NCBI GenBank assembly: GCA_963933835.1
Contig: CAWVVV010000003.1
Coordinates: 160,001-224,000, forward strand
Origin: an uncultured Puniceicoccaceae bacterium
GTDB taxonomy: Bacteria; Verrucomicrobiota; Verrucomicrobiia; Opitutales; Oceanipulchritudinaceae
DNA: 64,000 nt
Direction of reading: 5' to 3'
The first letter of the stretch is position 1. Each line of letters begins with the position of its first letter. This document shows, in pieces, positions 8,158-18,591 of the stretch. The position numbers and the translations under genes were made by a program. The notes beneath the pieces are model-generated. The model worked only from the letters and a program-made list of their open reading frames with translations. It was not told the DNA's origin and ran no database searches.

Positions 8158-11100
8158 CTAGTCGAGGGATCGAGCTAGAACGACGCGGAAGCCAATCGAA
8201 GGCGAGACGTGTTCGGGGTCTCGTGCATCACGAGAGGCAGATCGGCAGCGGTCGGCAGGATCTGTCCAAGAACCGCCTCGAATCGGGCGCCCGCGCCCCA
8301 CTCCATCGCGCCAAAAGTCTTCTACGCTACCCCCGGAAGCCTTTCGTTGTAAGCATCAAGGGCCCATTCGGAAACATTGCCCGCAATATCATAAAGGCCC
8401 CATGCGTTCGGGGCAAAACTAGCGACAGCGAGGCTACCGACATTTCCTCGATTACTCACTGTCTGATTGTAGTCGCGGGGATACTCACCAACAAAATTAC
8501 TGTCTTTCCCATCAGCTTCTTTACCAAAGTAAAACGGAGTCGTCGAACCAGCGCGGGCGGCATACTCCCACTCCGCCTCGGTTGGCAGCCGATAGACATA
8601 CCCTTTTGGCAAGCGCCCAAAGGCGTTTTCCTTCTCTGTCAAACGCCGGAAAAACTCTATGGCGGCGTGCCAACTGACGCTATCAACGGGGAACTGCGAG
8701 CCGTGATAGCGTGACGGATTTGAGCCCATGATGGCTTCGTAAGTCGCCTGCGTGACCTCAGTTGACGCAACCCAAAGCCCAGAGCTGAAACTGGCGCGCG
8801 TGAGCTCATCTTCATTTGGGCGACGGTGGGCTTCGCGGACCGGGCTACCAAATCGCCCTGTACCACTGGAAATCCAAATCATATTGAGGGGAAGGTTCGG
8901 CGCGGTCCAGGACTCACCGATGTTTGGCCCAGGCAAACTTCGGAGGGCGGGATCCCACTTAGCGCTTCCATTGGCTGGGAGGAGAAAGTCTTTTCCAACC
9001 GAGTAGTGGTCAGGCGATCCAACGATGATGCGAAGGGGCTCGCCTGCAGAGGCCTGAAATTGGCCGTCAACGAGAGGTTTCCGCGCGCCATTCCATTCAA
9101 CCCAGTAGTCCGAGGCCGCCTCAGGCAGCTGAACACTAACCGTGGCAGGCCGTGGCCTAAGGTCGACCGCTAGGCGTTTGAGCGTTTCGTCGACGATCGA
9201 GATCGGTCCACCGCGCGGCAGGTAGTCAGGATGCTCGACACGGACGGTGTGCGAGCCGGCTAGTAGACTTATCTGCAGATCGGCTATGGATTGGTAAATG
9301 CGGTCTTCGACGATGATACGGAGACCGGCGAGGACGGTTTCGTCGACTGCGCGCCCGCGGAGGGTTACGGTGAGTTTAAGGTCTCCTTGAGCAGCCTCAA
9401 CGTTGCCAAAATCCAAGACATTTTCCCGCCCTGGGAAGAGGATCACTTCCTTCTCGCGGGTGCGTAAGTTTCCGCCCCCGACGACGACTTTCACCGGATC
9501 CGGCCAGAGAAGATCGTCGAGTATCAGTGGCGTTTTTCCGAGGAGGCTTCCATCGATGCGAACAGGCAAACCGGCAGGATTTGAGACCACTTTGAGGCTC
9601 GCGGGAAGGGGAACAGGCTCGGCTATAAGCTCGGTCCATTCTCCCTCGCCTAAGACGGTGTCGGGAAACTCAACCGTCTCATGCCCCGGCCGGCTGACAA
9701 CGATGGTATAGGTTTGGGCAAAGAGCCGTGACTCAACCACGAGGACGTCTCCCTCCGGCACGTAATCGAGAAAAATATTTTCGCCGGATGGTTGCCGGAT
9801 GTCGAGACGACTACCGCTCGGAGCGACGAGTCGTAAGTTAGCCCACGCAAGCGGAAGGTTGATCTCCTTTGTCTGTAATTCGTCCGTGAGCGTAATCGCG
9901 ATGCGCTCGGCGATGTGCTGTGGCGCCTGAACGATTCCGATATATTCGCGTCTCTTCCCTACGAGCGCGACTTCACCGTTGGCGGTAATGAAACTTGCGA
10001 CGCCTTCGCCAAAGAACTTCACCTGTGCGTATGCTGGACTGATCTTGAAGATGACTTGGGGCGATTTTTCGCCCGCGGCAAAAATCTGCGGACCTGATGC
10101 TGAGCCACTATCAATCTCCAGCACGCTATAGAGGAGGAAAGCAGTCGCAACGGCGCAAAGGCCAAAAATCACCAGAACACCGATCCGAATATAGCGCCCA
10201 ACCTCCTTGTTCACCCGATTCTCGACCGACTTCGGCAGGGGAACCCGATCAAGCTTATGCACCCGTTCAGGACCGAGGTGGAGGTGCTCCACTCGCTCAA
10301 GGTCAGTCGCGACAGCGATCGTCGTCTGATAGCGCGCGGCGGGATCGTTTTCTAAAAGCCGTCCCAAATAGAGCGCCCAGCCAGGATGTATCTCAGTGTC
10401 GACGGAGGCATCTTCACCACCAGTGACTTCGCGAATATGGCCAGCGAGAAGGTTATGGCTGAGGACTCCCAGTGAAAAAAGGTCGGAACGAACGTCGGCA
10501 GGCTCTTCGTTTCGCCATTCCGGGCTGAGGGCGTCGAGGACGGTGTAGTTTGGGCCGTCACTCGTTTCTCTTTGAAGCGGAACGATAGCTGAACTGACAA
10601 AAATCTCGAATTTCCGCCGAGAGACGCTCTGGAGGACACCGAAGCCCCACACCTTGATCGCCCCAGAGTCCTCGATTAGAATAAAATCGGGGGTGATGCC
10701 ATAGTGATGAACCTTCACTACGGAGGCGCTTTCGATTGAAAGAATCGTCCGCTGGATGAGGCCCTTAATCTCAGGCGACGTCATCGCCTCCTCGTCTTCA
10801 GCACGTTCAGCTTTGCGACGAGTAGAAAGCGTCCGGCCCGACCAATCCGGATATTGGATTGCGATCGTATCTTCGAAATCGACGACCTCTTCGGGCTGCA
10901 GGAGGAGATCGCTCTCGACCTTCGAAAGCTGCTCGACTCGCTTCACCAGCTGCTTGCGCATCTGTGTGTCCTTGCCCAGACCGGATGGAATAACCTGCAA
11001 AAGCCGCACCCCAACCCCACGATTCACGCGTACGCGATAAAGAGGCCCAAGCAAGGTGACAGCGAGCTGATCGACGATTTCAAATCGTCCCACACGCTCG

Positions 11101-11165
11101 CCCACATTCTTGAGTTCACTGGTCACACTTGAGCCGTAGTGTGAAAGGCTTTCACTCACTTCCAT
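8158..11165 (-). CDS. Kinase-like (degenerate) + TM + PEGA + FGE-sulfatase/SUMF1 domain protein, frameshifted near the 3' end
   Basis: Kinase remnants (LSPE, DVRSDLFSLG, DPAARYQ), TM, PEGA (VVSNPAG..V.IDG..LGKTPL), FGE motifs (TEVTQ..Y, YRLPTEAEWEYAARAG, PNAWGLYD.AGNVSEW). The terminal RGGSW...CRSA.R...IGFRVVL lies in a shifted frame ending TAG at 8158; ORF track stops at 8322. Confidence 0.85.
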
Positions 11166-11357
11166 CTAGCTAGCTCAGTTAATCAGTTCGTCGATTTTCA
11201 TGCGAAAAAGGTCCATCCAGGGAACGGACTGAGATCAGTCACAAATTCCCCTTAAGAGTGTTATCGGATGAGCAGCAATCCGATGAAGCATCTAGGGGAT
11301 TTTCCTGGGCCAAATCCGCAAGTTTTTACACAAGCGCGGGAGAACTTAAACTGCAGT

Positions 11358-12167
11358 TCAAGGAATTCTCAGAACCTGCCCTGGGCGGAGCGCATTCTGT
11401 GATGGGAGCAAATTTCGGTTCGCTTCGAAGATTTCCTGCCATTTTCCGGCATTTCCATATATCTCGCGACTGATCTTCGAGAGCGTATCGCCAGCCTGAA
11501 CGGCGTAGGTGCGTCCACTTTGAGCAGCGGGTGAATTAGGAAGAATAGTGCGCTGCTCGACCACGATCGGAGCGAGCGGAGCTTGTCGGGTCGGCTGATT
11601 ACGAACAGCAGCCACCTGTTGCTCGAGCACACCAGAGCGCTCCTGCCATTGTGCCAGCTCCCTCCGTAGGCGAGAAAGTTCAGCCCGGAGCGTGGTGTTG
11701 TGCTCCTCAGCGGATTGCAGCCGGGTGTAGACATCGAGGCGCTCGACTTCATCCATCAAAGGCTCACCAGGGAGACTGCGCATAAAGTCTTTCACCGCCG
11801 TCGTGACCTGCTCTTTTACCCGATTCGCATGTTCTCCGTTCGGATTGATCGTGAGATACCGGTTAAAATGGTAATAGGCAGAGACGGGATCTTTGATCTT
11901 GTTGAGATAAATCAAACCAACCTCGAGATGACTCTCTGGGGCCTTGGCGCGACCAGCGATGACTTCTTCGAAAGCAATCAAGGCCTCCCGGTGATTACCT
12001 TCACGCTGGAGACCCTGTCCACGACGGTAGGCGCGCTCCTGTATCTCCGGCAGGAGTTCTTGCGTTCGCTGGGGGCAGCCAACGAGAAATAATAGCGCAA
12101 ACAAAACAGCGAGGCCCGAGGATAAACGGTGCCTTTGAGAGATTCGCCTTTGCTTGTTTAACCACAT
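11358..12167 (-). CDS. Lipoprotein with TPR-like repeats, coiled coil and C-terminal LysM domain
   Basis: Lipobox LVGC, helical TPR-like region (ESHLEVGLIY...AYYHF.RYL), LysM YAVQAGDTLSKIS..IYG....W.EI..AN...LRPGQVLRIP. Confidence 0.88.
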   Translation of the reverse strand: MWLNKQRRISQRHRLSSGLAVLFALLFLVGCPQRTQELLPEIQERAYRRGQGLQREGNHREALIAFEEVIAGRAKAPESHLEVGLIYLNKIKDPVSAYYHFNRYLTINPNGEHANRVKEQVTTAVKDFMRSLPGEPLMDEVERLDVYTRLQSAEEHNTTLRAELSRLRRELAQWQERSGVLEQQVAAVRNQPTRQAPLAPIVVEQRTILPNSPAAQSGRTYAVQAGDTLSKISREIYGNAGKWQEIFEANRNLLPSQNALRPGQVLRIP

Positions 12168-12239
12168 CCTAAAAACTTGTCAGTCCAGAGCCCACTGACG
12201 CAACTGAAAGCGACGGCCATTTTTTAAAATATTTCGCGC

Positions 12240-12815
12240 ATGACCTCCCACCTCAACATCACTGCTCTCGTCCACGAAAAACTCCAGAGCTCATTAGCGC
12301 CCGCGAGTTGCGCTATCGATGCGACTGCCGGGAACGGTCATGACGCTGTATTCATTTCTCAAACACTCGGAGCGGACGGACAACTGCACCTCATCGACTG
12401 CCAAGAAAGTGCCCTTCGAGCAACACGAGAGAGAATGAACGATCAAAGCTCAACACCTCATACCCACTACCATCTAGGCAATCATGGAGCGGTGCTAGAG
12501 CAGCTTTGCAAAACGCACCAAGGGAAGGTTGCAGCGTGCATTTTTAACCTCGGGTATCTCCCTGGCGGGGACAAGACGATCACAACAACACAGTCAAACA
12601 CCCTCCGCGCGCTCGAAGCAACGAGCACCCTATTGGCCCCCGGCGGTATTCTCTCAATCGTCTGCTACCCCGGGCACCCCGAGGGAGCCGCAGAAGCTGC
12701 CGCCGTAAGCGCCTGGGCAGAAAAGCAGAAAGCAGCCAATCTCTACAAACTCGAAGCGTATCAGAATACTGGGACAATGCGACCGGGCCCCTACCTTCTT
12801 TGGCTAGTAAAATAG
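12240..12815 (+). CDS. mnmM: SAM-dependent methyltransferase, YtqB/MnmM family (tRNA mnm5U)
   Basis: IDATAGNGHD, IFNLGYLPGGDKTITT and YPGHPEG..E motifs of the YtqB family. Confidence 0.75.
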   Translation: MTSHLNITALVHEKLQSSLAPASCAIDATAGNGHDAVFISQTLGADGQLHLIDCQESALRATRERMNDQSSTPHTHYHLGNHGAVLEQLCKTHQGKVAACIFNLGYLPGGDKTITTTQSNTLRALEATSTLLAPGGILSIVCYPGHPEGAAEAAAVSAWAEKQKAANLYKLEAYQNTGTMRPGPYLLWLVK

Positions 12816-12881
12816 AGGTAGGCCAGAGCAGCACTTTGGGTGGCATCGCGGTGAGCCCAAGGATTACCCGTGGTTTTGAAT

Positions 12882-12960
12882 CGAGGGACCGGCTCCTGCC
12901 GGTCCGCGGACGGTTTTACGAGCTCTTCCATGCGTTGGACCGACGTGAGCCAGTCCCTCC
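12882..12960. repeat. REP/REPIN-like palindromic element, copy 1
   Basis: cGAGGGACCGGCTCCTGCCGGTCCG ... GGACCGACGTGAGCCAGTCCCTCC; related to 15722 and 62761. Confidence 0.75.
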
Positions 12961-13069
12961 AGCGCAAGATACAAAATTTCCAATACCTTTCGTGAATTCA
13001 CCCAAGCGCATGCGTAGCTAAACTTTTTCCTAGGCAAGGATTCGCGCCTCACCTACATTTTTGCCCTAC

Positions 13070-14818
13070 ATGGCTGATCGACCAACGGAATCATGGAACT
13101 CCCGCCTCGGTGTCATCCTCGCTGTCTCAGGCAGCGCGGTCGGACTCGGTAACTTTTTGCGCTTCCCTGGAAACGTAGCGGAGTACGGTGGCGGAGCCTT
13201 CATGCTCGCCTACTTTATCGGCTTCATCCTCCTCGGGCTACCAATCTGTTGGGCTGAGTGGACGATGGGGCGACGCGGCGGACAGCTCGGCTTCAACTCT
13301 AGCCCAGCTATCCTCAGCGCTCTCTCGGGCAAGGCTTGGATGAAATGGCTGGGCGTCATCGGCATGGTCATACCGGTCTGTATCTACATGTATTACGTCT
13401 ACATCGAGGCGTGGTGCCTAGGGTATGCGGTCAACTTTGCAACCGGCTCGATGGACTTCGCTAATGTCGGCGAATCAACAAACTTCTGGGTCGATTTTAT
13501 CGGGGCAGCAAAAGATGGCAGCGCGATCGGCTTCGGACTGAAGAGCGTCGGCTTCTTTCTTCTGATCTGTTTCGTGCTGAATTTCTTTCTTATCTATCGC
13601 GGGATTTCAAAAGGGATCGAGTTCTTCTGTAAATACGCCATGCCGGCGTTACTTGTCCTCGCGTGTGTCATTCTCGTTCGCGTCCTGACTCTAGGCACCC
13701 CTGACACCGCGTTTCCTGATCGCAACGTTGAGAACGGGCTCGGCTTCATGTGGAACCCGAACAAGACCTTCCTCGAGACGCGCGATGCCGGCACAGGGGA
13801 ATGGGACCGCGGCTCAGCTGAAATCCTCGGCAAGGGTAACCTCAAGACGAACGAAGCCCTCGTCGCCGCCTCGGGTGGAGAGAAGCGACTCGTGAAGGTG
13901 TCTTTTGTCGCACAGCTTCTTCGCCCCGACCTCTGGCTCGCCGCCGTCGGGCAGATTTTCTTCAGCCTCTCAGTAGGCTTTGGCATCATTATTACGTACG
14001 CGAGCTACTTGAAACCAAAGGACGACATCGTCCTAAGTGGACTGAGTGCGACCTCGGCCAATGAGTTTGCCGAAGTCGGCCTCGGTGGTCTCATCACGCT
14101 GCCTGCTGCTTTCATGTTCCTCGGTTCAGCGGGACTAGTGGGGGCAGGTCTCGGCACCTTTGACCTCGGCTTCAAAGTCCTCCCGATGGTTTTTGCGAGC
14201 ATGCCTGCGGGGAACTTCTTTGGCTTCCTCTTCTTCTTCCTCCTTTTCCTCGCGGCCGTCACGAGTTCGCTCTCGATGCTTCAGCCTGGCATCGCCTTCA
14301 TCGAAGAAGCACTCGATATCGGGCGCAAGCAATCCGTCGCGATCCTAGGCCTCATCACTGCTTTCGGCGCCCTCTTCGTCGTTTACTTCAGCGCCGATGC
14401 CAAGGCCCTCGACACGATCGACTTCTGGGCTGGAACTTTCCTCATCTTTATTTTGGCGACAATCGAGATCATCATTTTCTCTTGGGTCGTGGGGATTAAA
14501 AAGGGGCTCTCTTGGGCACACGAAGGAGCCCTCATTCGCATCCCTCGCTGGACCTCATTTACGATGGTCTGGATCAGCCCGTTTTTTCTGTTGGTCATCT
14601 TCGTCCTCTGGGTCTTGCAAAATGTCTTCGGGCTCAGTCTCCAAGGCGGAGAAGCGCAGACGACTAGCTATATCAAGGATCTCTTTATTGAACCGAATCC
14701 AGTTGCATGGATGAGTATCGCGGTGATCGCACTCGTCTGGGGATTTGGAATCGTCGTGGTCTCAGCATCCCGACGCTTTAAAGGAATCGAGAACATTGAA
14801 TTGGAGGAAAACTCATGA
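13070..14818 (+). CDS. Sodium-dependent transporter, NSS/SNF (LeuT-like) family
   Basis: [62 protein letters not shown]. Confidence 0.95.
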   Translation: MADRPTESWNSRLGVILAVSGSAVGLGNFLRFPGNVAEYGGGAFMLAYFIGFILLGLPICWAEWTMGRRGGQLGFNSSPAILSALSGKAWMKWLGVIGMVIPVCIYMYYVYIEAWCLGYAVNFATGSMDFANVGESTNFWVDFIGAAKDGSAIGFGLKSVGFFLLICFVLNFFLIYRGISKGIEFFCKYAMPALLVLACVILVRVLTLGTPDTAFPDRNVENGLGFMWNPNKTFLETRDAGTGEWDRGSAEILGKGNLKTNEALVAASGGEKRLVKVSFVAQLLRPDLWLAAVGQIFFSLSVGFGIIITYASYLKPKDDIVLSGLSATSANEFAEVGLGGLITLPAAFMFLGSAGLVGAGLGTFDLGFKVLPMVFASMPAGNFFGFLFFFLLFLAAVTSSLSMLQPGIAFIEEALDIGRKQSVAILGLITAFGALFVVYFSADAKALDTIDFWAGTFLIFILATIEIIIFSWVVGIKKGLSWAHEGALIRIPRWTSFTMVWISPFFLLVIFVLWVLQNVFGLSLQGGEAQTTSYIKDLFIEPNPVAWMSIAVIALVWGFGIVVVSASRRFKGIENIELEENS

Positions 14819-14973
14819 GCACAGGCGGATGGATCATTATGCTTTTATCAGTTGGCGGCGTCACCTCGCTCCTCCTGTGGTGTATTTACAAGGGGCTGAC
14901 GACTCCCGGCGAGACAGACAAGCTGCACGGCTTCGAAGGCGAGACTCCGGACGAAGCCGAGAACCGTTCATGA
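14815..14973 (+). CDS. Small single-TM protein, probable NSS transporter small subunit (MetS-like), 52 aa; not in ORF track
   Basis: [57 protein letters not shown] upstream; ATGA overlaps at both ends. Confidence 0.8.
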   Translation: MSTGGWIIMLLSVGGVTSLLLWCIYKGLTTPGETDKLHGFEGETPDEAENRS

Positions 14974-15452
14974 GAACATTCCTAAGGCTACTCGTTGGAA
15001 GTGGCACTCTGGCATTTCTCGTCGCCTGCGGAACGGTGCAGGAACACCGCGCCCGGCAGTTCTCATCCGAATGGAAAACGATCGATCCTGTGGCACAAAC
15101 ACGCCTCGGCGCGGCGACAATTCAGCTCAACGATACAAACAAAGCAGTCTACATCGCCCTCGGATCGCCGAACTATACCCTGCCCTATGACTGGAGTTCG
15201 CGCACTTGGACCTGGGTCTACTGGGGCTTTGCACCCGACCAGCCGAAAAGCGATGACGAGGCCCTTCACTTTCTCTCCCGCAGCGAACTACGCCTTCCCG
15301 CTCCAAAGAACGAACGCCAAGCCCTCCGCGTCACCTTCCAAAACACCCGCCTCCTCAAATGGGATCTCGCTGAAATGGACCCCGAGGAATCTCGCAACTC
15401 TGTAAGAGTGGAAATGGGGAAGTTCCCACAGATCACTCGTCATCAAGAGTGA
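14970..15452 (+). CDS. Lipoprotein, possibly SmpA/BamE-like fold
   Basis: ATG 14970, signal and lipobox [21 protein letters not shown]...AVYIALGSP...W.Y pattern. Confidence 0.7.
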   Translation: MRTFLRLLVGSGTLAFLVACGTVQEHRARQFSSEWKTIDPVAQTRLGAATIQLNDTNKAVYIALGSPNYTLPYDWSSRTWTWVYWGFAPDQPKSDDEALHFLSRSELRLPAPKNERQALRVTFQNTRLLKWDLAEMDPEESRNSVRVEMGKFPQITRHQE

Positions 15453-15567
15453 TGGAATGGCGTTGATACACCTAGTTTATCTTGGTGTTTTTCGAAAATT
15501 CGTAACGAGAGTTCATAAAGTCCTTGCCGAGGACTGATTGGGTGCCTTTGTTCTGCGCTTTCCCGAT

Positions 15568-15644
15568 GCACCCGTAGCTCAACTGGATAGAGCACCTGAT
15601 TACGGATCAGGAGGTTAGGGGTTCGAATCCCTTCGGGTGTGCCA
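15568..15644 (+). tRNA. tRNA-Arg (ACG)
   Basis: GCACCCGTAGCTCAACTGGATAGAGCA-CCTGA-TTACGGA-TCAGG-AGGTTAGGGGTTCGAATCCCTTCGGGTGTGCCA. Confidence 0.96.
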
Positions 15645-15648
15645 CTTT

Positions 15649-15681
15649 AAAAGCCGCTGGATTTCCAGCGGCTTTTCTTTT
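15649..15681 (+). terminator. Intrinsic terminator after tRNA-Arg, possibly bidirectional
   Basis: AAAAGCCGCTGGA-TT-TCCAGCGGCTTTTCTTTT. Confidence 0.85.
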
Positions 15682-15721
15682 GCCCAAATGCGGCGCGCTC
15701 ATCCGCTCCGCGTACTGAGGT

Positions 15722-15794
15722 GGAGGTCCCGCTCCTGCCGGACCACAAGGCACACATGAAGGCTCTGTGGCGGACGGGCGGAGCCCATCCCTCC
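15722..15794. repeat. REP/REPIN-like palindromic element, copy 2
   Basis: GGAGGTCCCGCTCCTGCCGGACC ... CGGACGGGCGGAGCCCATCCCTCC. Confidence 0.7.
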
Positions 15795-15911
15795 AATACG
15801 CAATTTCAGTCTATTCAGTCGTCGAAACGAAAATCGGCATGTAATTGAATGATTGTAATACAGCACCTCAAGGAACTGATCGCGAATGGGTCTTTAAACG
15901 TGTGGGACGCG

Positions 15912-18182
15912 TTAATGACCAAAATCCCAAGACACCCCGACGCGCCAGCGCGCAGGTGGACCAGCCCGTAGGCCATGGGGCAGGCGTGAAGCGACGTATA
16001 CCTCATCGAAGACGTTGCTTCCGATAAGATACACTTCCAGTGCTTCCGTTACCTGATAACGCGCGCTAAAATCCACCGTCGTATGCGCATCGATCTTTCC
16101 GACCCGAACATCGGTCGGACTCGCATCCAGATTATCTCCAGTGCCATAGGTTTCGTCGACGAAGGATAGGCTCGCCGCGAGCGTCATTGGACCCTTGCGC
16201 ACGCTCACCTGAGCAAAGAAATGCCACTCGGGGATGTAGGGCAAATCGTTATCCGCCATTGCATTAAAAAAGATCGATTCAGGATCCGTCGAGGCCGAGG
16301 CACCGTCGAACACTGCGTCGGTATAAGTGACACCCCAAGTCAGCGGTATCTCCCACTCTCCGAGGTCAAAAACGGAGTGCAGATCCAAGCCACCCTGTAG
16401 TTCGATGCCTTGAACGATGACTTCGCCCACATTTTCGTCGCTCGTCCCGGATCCAATGCTTTCGGCTACGATCAGGTCGTTGAAATCAGAGCGAAAGAGG
16501 ACGACTTCGCCAAACCACGCCGCATCACTCGGAGACTTACGAAGGCCAAGTTCAAAGCTGTTTGAGCTCTCTTCTTTGAGACCTTTCAGGGCACCTGATG
16601 GCGAGGTCGGCGACACGCCACGATAAGCTCCACCAAAAACGAGCCAATCAGCGTTAAACAGATAGGTCGCACCCAGCCCTGGAACGAAATAATCATAGCT
16701 ATCTTCCGCTACTTGAGCCGGATCGCGCTTATCAGCACGAAAATAGTCCCAGCGCACATGCTCCCAGCGCACCCCCGGCTTAAGCGTCAAGGCACCGACG
16801 GAAATCGAGTCCTCGAGATAAACGCTCCATGCATCACTCTCTTGGCGACGATCACCCTGGGTATCTGGGCCTAGACGCGAATTGTAAGTCCACGCGCCGG
16901 TGGCATCCTGATCGTAGAGATCTGACCACTGATAACGGCGGATATAATCTGTATGATAGCGGACACCGATCTCGAACTCATGGTGCTGATTCGCGACCAC
17001 TATATCATGTAGCCACTTCGTCTCTACACCTGAGCTACTATAACTCCGGTTGTTTGCTTTCACCTTTAGCTGACCAGGAGCGGCGCCACGCAAGACATCC
17101 AGCTCGGGTGCACCAATTACAACTGCCTTCGAAAGCGTCGTTCCATCGACTTTATCAAGCTTATACCAGTTTCGCTTAAAGTGATTGTAGTAAACAGTGG
17201 TGACAAATTCTCCGAAGTCATCCGTCCGGGCGGTATGGCGCAGGTAGGTGCGCGTCTGATCCGCGTTGTAGTTGTCCATTCGTGAAGCCGCATAGCGACG
17301 CTGCGCATCAAGAGCAAAGTCCTCAGTGCTCAAACCGAGATAGGAAGCTCCAGAGTCGATATCAGAAAAGCCAATCTTCGCCTCAACCGTGTGGTGATCA
17401 CCCGCGCGGTAACGCGTCTTAAACAAATAATCGGTCCGCTCTAGTCCCGTATCATCCGATCCTGCGTAACCCCCACCCAGAGCTGGATTAATCGCGCGCA
17501 TGCCACCAGCATCGCGGTAGTAGACTTCCGCGACATAACCCAAGGATTTGTCCTCCCCCACTTCGAACTCATCTCCATACCAGAGGTGGGCGCGGTAGTC
17601 TTCGTCAGTCCCAACCGAAAGATCGAGACGCCCAGTAGATTCCGTCGGAACTGAACGTGAAATGTAGTTGATCACACCACCCGTAGTGTGGGGACCAAAG
17701 CGCACCTGCGATGAGCCTTTAAGGACCTCAAAGCCCTCCATTCGACCCGCATTAGGAGCGAAGTAAGCCGAAGGCGCCGAGTACAGGGCTGGAGCAATCG
17801 GCACACCGTCTTCCAATAGCGTGACTTTTCCACTACGGCTCGAATCCGCTCCACGCAGGCTGATATTGGGGAACAGCCCAAAGGCATCTTCTTGGCGGAG
17901 ATATAACCCCGGCGTCGCTTTCAACACATTGTTAATATCGTCGAAGCGAAAGGCCTCCACTTGCGCTTGCGTGATCACGTAGCCTGAGCCAGGCTGCAGG
18001 AATGCATCGTCCGCATTTCCAATCACACGGTAGGCGCTCAACTCAACCACATCACCCGAAGTGTCTTGAGCGGTCACAACCATAGATCCCACGACGGCAG
18101 AGGTGAGCCCTGCAACGAGCGTAGAGCGAAAATTGGGTGCTAAAACCGGGTGTTTTTTATTTAGATAGTGTCTCATTCGCAC
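15912..18182 (-). CDS. TonB-dependent receptor, FecA-like, probably iron uptake
   Basis: Plug motifs PG...RQED.FGLFPNISLRG....RS.KVTLLEDGVPIAPA.YSAP.AYF and EVLKGSSQVRFGP.TTGGVINY; beta-barrel C-terminus; next to feoAB. Start may be 18176. Confidence 0.92.
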   Translation of the reverse strand: MRMRHYLNKKHPVLAPNFRSTLVAGLTSAVVGSMVVTAQDTSGDVVELSAYRVIGNADDAFLQPGSGYVITQAQVEAFRFDDINNVLKATPGLYLRQEDAFGLFPNISLRGADSSRSGKVTLLEDGVPIAPALYSAPSAYFAPNAGRMEGFEVLKGSSQVRFGPHTTGGVINYISRSVPTESTGRLDLSVGTDEDYRAHLWYGDEFEVGEDKSLGYVAEVYYRDAGGMRAINPALGGGYAGSDDTGLERTDYLFKTRYRAGDHHTVEAKIGFSDIDSGASYLGLSTEDFALDAQRRYAASRMDNYNADQTRTYLRHTARTDDFGEFVTTVYYNHFKRNWYKLDKVDGTTLSKAVVIGAPELDVLRGAAPGQLKVKANNRSYSSSGVETKWLHDIVVANQHHEFEIGVRYHTDYIRRYQWSDLYDQDATGAWTYNSRLGPDTQGDRRQESDAWSVYLEDSISVGALTLKPGVRWEHVRWDYFRADKRDPAQVAEDSYDYFVPGLGATYLFNADWLVFGGAYRGVSPTSPSGALKGLKEESSNSFELGLRKSPSDAAWFGEVVLFRSDFNDLIVAESIGSGTSDENVGEVIVQGIELQGGLDLHSVFDLGEWEIPLTWGVTYTDAVFDGASASTDPESIFFNAMADNDLPYIPEWHFFAQVSVRKGPMTLAASLSFVDETYGTGDNLDASPTDVRVGKIDAHTTVDFSARYQVTEALEVYLIGSNVFDEVYVASRLPHGLRAGPPARWRVGVSWDFGH

Positions 18183-18240
18183 CCAGAACGGGTTTAATGC
18201 GACACGATGTCAATAAATTAGATGAGAAAGGTTCTCATTA
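18161..18240. promoter_or_regulatory. Cluster of Fur-like boxes upstream of the TonB receptor
   Basis: ATGAGAA-AGG-TTCTCAT (18222-18238; minus strand GATAATGAGAACCTTTCTCATC), AATGCGACACGATGTCAAT (18196-18214), TTAGATAGTGTCTCATT (18161-18177). Confidence 0.6.
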
Positions 18241-18392
18241 TCAAATATGACTGAATTTAGCGCCCAAAATAGCCTCAATACGAGGCGATTTCCAAAACCA
18301 CAGGACAGCCTCGAAAGCTTTACTAGAACGCTTTACAGCCTGTTGCCCTCGAGTTTTACACTCGGCTGGATACTTACCGAGGAACGCGTGCT

Positions 18393-18572
18393 CTATGGTT
18401 CGCGTTTGTCGAGAAACTGCTGAATTGTGGGGTCACGTTTCACCCCTTCGCACCCACAATCACCACCGCAACCCGGCTTCGCTTTGCGTTTTTTGAATAG
18501 ACCACGAAATAGCCATGCAAGCGCGAGCAAGACGATGGCGTAGATGAAGAAATGTTCTAAATCGAGTGGCAT
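18393..18572 (-). CDS. FeoB-associated Cys-rich membrane peptide, 59 aa; not in ORF track
   Basis: MPLDLEHFFIYAIVLLALAWLFRGLFKKRKAKPGCGGDCGCEGVKRDPTIQQFLDKREP; TM plus CGGDCGC directly after feoB. Confidence 0.85.
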   Translation of the reverse strand: MPLDLEHFFIYAIVLLALAWLFRGLFKKRKAKPGCGGDCGCEGVKRDPTIQQFLDKREP

Positions 18573-18591
18573 GAGAAAAGGGTTGTGTGAC

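Noticed and set aside
8079..8714. 211-aa plus-strand ORF
   Set aside because: Antisense shadow of the FGE domain; no recognisable motifs.
14745..14969. 75-aa N-terminal extension of the 14745-15452 ORF
   Set aside because: It overlaps the transporter and the micro-protein; the signal peptide and lipobox begin at ATG 14970.
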